Source of the DNA: Neoechinorhynchus agilis | Lineage: Eukaryota; Animalia; Acanthocephala | Assembly (NCBI GenBank): GCA_051530055.1 | Contig: CM121343.1 | Coordinates: 3,194,389-3,258,388 of the forward strand | Length of the DNA: 64,000 bases | Reading direction: 5' to 3' | Program-made: the position numbers and the translations under genes | The notes under the pieces: model-generated | Databases searched by the model: none | What the model saw: the letters and a program-made list of their open reading frames with translations, nothing else | What the model was told of the DNA's origin: nothing | Shown here: piece after piece, positions 59,695-64,000 of the stretch | How positions within the stretch are numbered: position 1 is the first letter of the stretch | Layout of the letters: every line of letters starts with the position of its first letter

Positions 59695-62465
59695 TGAACT
59701 GAACACAACAAACGCTGAATGATTTCACAGCGTGCGAATGAATTATTTGGCGATATAACTAAAGGAAAATGGCAATTTTGAGCAACTCAGGATTCAGTCT
59801 TAGTTTGTGAACAGTTCTCGCTCACAGATTGATGAATGAAGTTTCTCGAGATATTTTTTTTTACCAAAGATGACTTTTTGTAGGACCAAAATAACAAGGA
59901 ACATTGGGCGATTTGAACCGTAAACAACAAACGCTGAATGATTTCACAGCGTGCGAGTTAGTTATTTGGCGATATAACCAAAGGAAAATGGCAATTTTGA
60001 GCAACTCAGGATTCAGTCTTAGTTTGTGAACAGTTCTCGCTTACAGATTGATGAATGAAGTTTCTGGAGATATTTTTTTATCAAAGATGACTTTTTGTAG
60101 GACCAAAATAACAAGGAACATTGGGCGATTTGAACTGTAAACAACAAACGCTGAATGATTTCACAGCGTGCGAGTTAATTATTTGGCGATATAACCAAAG
60201 GAAAATGGCAATTTTGAGCAACTCAGGATTCAGTCTTAGTTTGTGAACAGTTCCGCCTCAGAGATTGATGAATGAAGTTTCTGGAGATATTTTTTTATCA
60301 AAGATGACTTTTTGTAGGACCAAAATAACAAGGAACATTGGGCGATTTGAACCGTAAACAACAAACGCTGAATGATTTCACAGCGTGCGAGTTAATTATT
60401 TGGCGATATAACCAAAGGAAAATGGCAATTTTGAGCAACTCAGGATTCAGTCTAGATTGTGAACAGTTCCGCCTCAGAGATTGATGAATGAAGTTTCTTG
60501 AGATATTTTTTTATCAAAGATGACTTTTTGTAGGACCAAAATAACAAGGAACATTGGGCGATTTGAACCGTAAACAACAAACGCTGAATGATTTCACAGC
60601 GTGCGAGTTAATTATTTGGCGATATAACCAAAGGAAAATGGCAATTTTGAGCAACTCAGATTCAGTCTTAGATTGTGAACAGTTCCGCCTCAGAGATTGA
60701 TGAATGAAGTTTCTTGAGATATTTTTTTATCAAAGATGACTTTTTGTAGGACCAAAATAACAAGGAACATTGGGCGATTTGAACCGTAAACAACAAACGC
60801 TGAATGATTTCACAGCGTGCGAGTTAATTATTTGGCGATATAACCAAAGGAAAATGGCAATTTTGAGCAACTCAGGATTCAGTCTTAGATTGTGAACAGT
60901 TCCGCCTCAGAGATTGATGAATGAAGTTTCTGGAGATATTTTTTTATCAAAGATGACTTTTTGTAGGACCAAAATAACAAGGAACATTGGGCGATTTGAA
61001 CCGTAAACAACAAACGCTGAATGATTTCACAGCGTGCGAGTTAATTATTTGGCGATATAACCAAAGGAAAATGGCAATTTTGAGCAACTCAGGATTCAGT
61101 CTTAGATTGTGAACAGTTCCGCCTCAGAGATTGATGAATGAAGTTTCTTGAGATATTTTTTTACCAAAGATGACTTTTTGTAGGACCAAAATAACAAGGA
61201 ACATTGGGCGATTTGAACCGTAAACAACAAACGCTGAATGATTTCACAGCGTGCGAGTTAATTATTTGGCGATATAACCAAAGGAAAATGGCAATTTTGA
61301 GCAACTCAGGATTCAGTCTTAGATTGTGAACAGTTCCGCCTCAGAGATTGATGAATGAAGTTTCTGGAGATATTTTTTTATCAAAGATGACTTTTTGTAG
61401 GACCAAAATAACAAGGAACATTGGGCGATTTGAACCGTAAACAACAAACGCTGAATGATTTCACAGCGTGCGAGTTAATTATTTGGCGATATAACCAAAG
61501 GAAAATGGCAATTTTGAGCAACTCAGGATTCAGTCTTAGATTGTGAACAGTTCCGCCTCAGAGATTGATGAATGAAGTTTCTGGAGATATTTTTTATCAA
61601 AGATGACTTTTTGTAGGACCAAAATAACAAGGAACATTGGGCGATTTGAACCGTAAACAACAAACGCTGAATGATTTCACAGCGTGCGAGAATTATTTCG
61701 ATATAACCAAAGGAAAATGGCAATTTTGAGCAACTCAGGATTCAGTCTTAGATTGTGAACAGTTCCGCCTCAGAGATTGATGAATGAAGTTTCTGGAGAT
61801 ATTTTTTATCAAAGATGACTTTTTGTAGGACCAAAATAACAAGGAACATTGGGCGATTTGAACCGTAAACAACAAACGCTGAATGATTTCACAGCGTGCG
61901 AGTTAATTATTTGGCGATATAACCAAAGGAAAATGGCAATTTTGAGCAACTCAGGATTCAGTCTTAGATTGTGAACAGTTCCGCCTCAGAGATTGATGAA
62001 TGAAGTTTCTGGAGATATTTTTTTACCAAAGATGACTTTTTGTAGGACCAAAATAACAAGGAACATTGGGCGATTTGAACCGTAAACAACAAACGCTGAA
62101 TGATTTCACAGCGTGCGAGTTAATTATTTGGCGATATAACCAAAGGAAAATGGCAATTTTGAGCAACTCAGGATTCAGTCTTAGATTGTGAACAGTTCCG
62201 CCTCAGAGATTGATGAATGAAGTTTCTGGAGATATTTTTTTATCAAAGATGACTTTTTGTAGGACCAAAATAACAAGGAACATTGGGCGATTTGAACCGT
62301 AAACAACAAACGCTGAATGATTTCACAGCGTGCGAGTTAGTTATTTGGCGATATAACCAAAGGAAAATGGCAATTTTGAGCAACTCAGGATTCAGTCTTA
62401 GATTGTGAACAGTTCCGCCTCAGAGATTGATGAAGTTTCTGGAGATATTTTTTTCATCAAAGATG
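59695..62465. repeat. Tandem array E, ~217-bp unit, ~13 copies, non-coding
   Basis: CGCTGAATGATTTCACAGCG falls near 59713, 59932, 60149, 60366, 60582, 60798, 61015, 61232, 61449, 61665, 61877, 62094 and 62311. Confidence 0.97.
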
Positions 62466-62936
62466 GCTTTTTGTGAGGTTTTACACTCTGTTTTTAATGA
62501 AAACGTTAGATGGTAAGGGATAAAATTATTTAATGTCAATAATTGCAATCAAGAGGTTATCGGTTCGACTCTTGAAAGGTCTTTACTTTTAAAGGCGCAC
62601 TGAATCATAACGAACAGGATTTATTTAAGTAATCGAATTTCGAGTTTGTAAATATTCTGGTAATTGAACGAGAATCACTCACATCGAAAAGCAAAAATTA
62701 CCTGGTCGATTCTTTGTGCACAAGCCAAAAAACACATAGCAACAAAGCTCGATATCCCATAACCGAATTTTTTCTAATGTGGGAGTTTGTAAATCTCAAA
62801 TCCTAATGTTCATTTCTTAAACGCACGGAAGAATGTAACTTTAGGTGATTCAAAGGTAATGAGATTGTTCGTGGATGGGAGTTTGTAGCTTTTAGATCTT
62901 CCCTTGATGTGGGAATATTCTTATTCGCATTATTAG

Positions 62937-64000
62937 ATGTCATCCCCTGGATCGAACAATAAAAGGTTTCACCGTCGGCCGTTCCAGCATCAGCCACATA
63001 AGGAGCAATCGTTCGCTGCGGCGATGCTTGCTTATCGGTCGGGTGGAGCCAATAGAAAGCGGACGATTAGTGTCGGTGGCATTAGTCCCCTTGCCCGTCT
63101 TGCCACGAGACAAGTACAATCGTCGAATAGCGGTTTTGATCTGAGTCATTCGTCGCTGGATGATCGTAGAATAGCCACGAACCAACAAATCACTCAGATT
63201 CGTACTTTAAATGAGGATGCTCTCAAGAACAGGGGAAACATATTTGTCCATAGAAATGATCATAGCCAATTGCTGGAGCGGATTCCTATTTATAAGAGAA
63301 CATTGGTTCACACAAAATTCGAAGACGATGGTCCTTTTGGGAATGACGAGTCTAGAATTGGACTTCTAAGTCAACTAAGTGAAATGGAAAAAACTGAAGT
63401 GACATGTATTTCTTGTTATCGATCATTAACGATCTACGACCGGTATCCATTGATTGACGGAACAATCTTCTTAAGTCCTATACGTCGTTGAAGCTCCCAT
63501 GCTCTGATTTCGTTTTTTGCGAGCTTTTTCGGTTTAAACCATTATTCACCTGAAAAAGGAATTGAACCAACTATTCTTAAACCGATTATCCATTGCTATC
63601 ATCACCACCACCACCAGCAGCAGCAGCAGCAACAGCAGCACTCTCATCAATGTAATCCCCTGTTAGGCAACACTCAAATGACTTCTATTCCGAAGAGTCT
63701 TTATATGAACGCCATTTGCATCGATTGTATGCATTGTTATAGTTTATGCTGCCAATATTGCCAGAATTATTGGGAACCAGCAATGATCATCATTGGAACT
63801 CTGTACCATTATGATATAATTTGCGCTCAACCTTGCTGTAATAACTGGCAATTATGTGATCATTGCAAGCGATGGGCGCTTAAGGAAACCAATGATCAAG
63901 ACGATCCAATCCCACTTCCATTCAGCCATGTCGACAATGAATTCAGCTGTGTGCATTGTGGCACTAGAAGCCGACATTGTCTTAAACCATTCCATAGTAT
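62937..64000 (+). CDS. hdc: Headcase (HECA) homolog, running to the window edge
   Basis: Middle domain EDDGPFGNDESR...CISC...IYDRYPLIDGTIFLSP, then C-terminal NAICIDC, GTLYHYDII...PCC, CDHC and FS....CVHCG...HCLKPFHS. One in-frame TGA at 63489-63491 separates the two parts. Confidence 0.88.

Noticed and set aside
62490-62580. tRNA gene (TGCAATCAAGAGGTTATCGGTTCGACTC resembles the tRNA-Cys 3' half)
   Set aside because: No acceptor-stem pairing and wrong D-arm spacing; at most a decayed remnant. Isolated B-box-like words at about 10806 and 23158 also lack tRNA structure.
8596-63491. Genome-wide stop-codon reassignment suggested by in-frame TAG/TGA in three genes
   Set aside because: ORFs of 1478, 952, 680 and 632 codons contain no internal TAG/TGA, and genes here end in TAA, TAG and TGA. 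Short introns or single-base errors explain the cases.

Overview
This is eukaryotic (metazoan) nuclear DNA: AT-rich, gene-dense, with mostly 40-60 nt introns and very divergent proteins. The lineage cannot be fixed from the sequence; a fast-evolving small-bodied spiralian is only a guess. Recognisable genes are Fcf2/DNTTIP2-like, eyes absent, CTR9, a RING-H2 protein, SREBP, CEPT1, a class A peptide-type GPCR and headcase. There are also two large unassigned genes: a roughly 2,100-aa protein with spaced CxxC motifs and an unassigned helical repeat, and a protein with about 27 tandem 72-aa basic repeats. Between the genes lie five non-coding tandem arrays (about 54, 79, 215, 217 and 330 bp units), decayed CRE-like, L2-like and RTE-like retrotransposon pieces, and MITE/foldback elements. 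Scattered single-base indels in homopolymer runs suggest long-read consensus errors, so some frame breaks are uncertain. I found no CRISPR array, rRNA or intact tRNA. The most unusual patterns are: (1) all four long non-coding arrays abut gene 5' ends; (2) three different arrays share a period of about 216 bp, one of them coding; (3) an EYA with the motif IV Asp replaced by Arg; (4) a single in-frame TGA in headcase; (5) an A-box hairpin cassette carried inside CRE-like 3' ends. All calls are by eye and from recalled family motifs; no searches were run.
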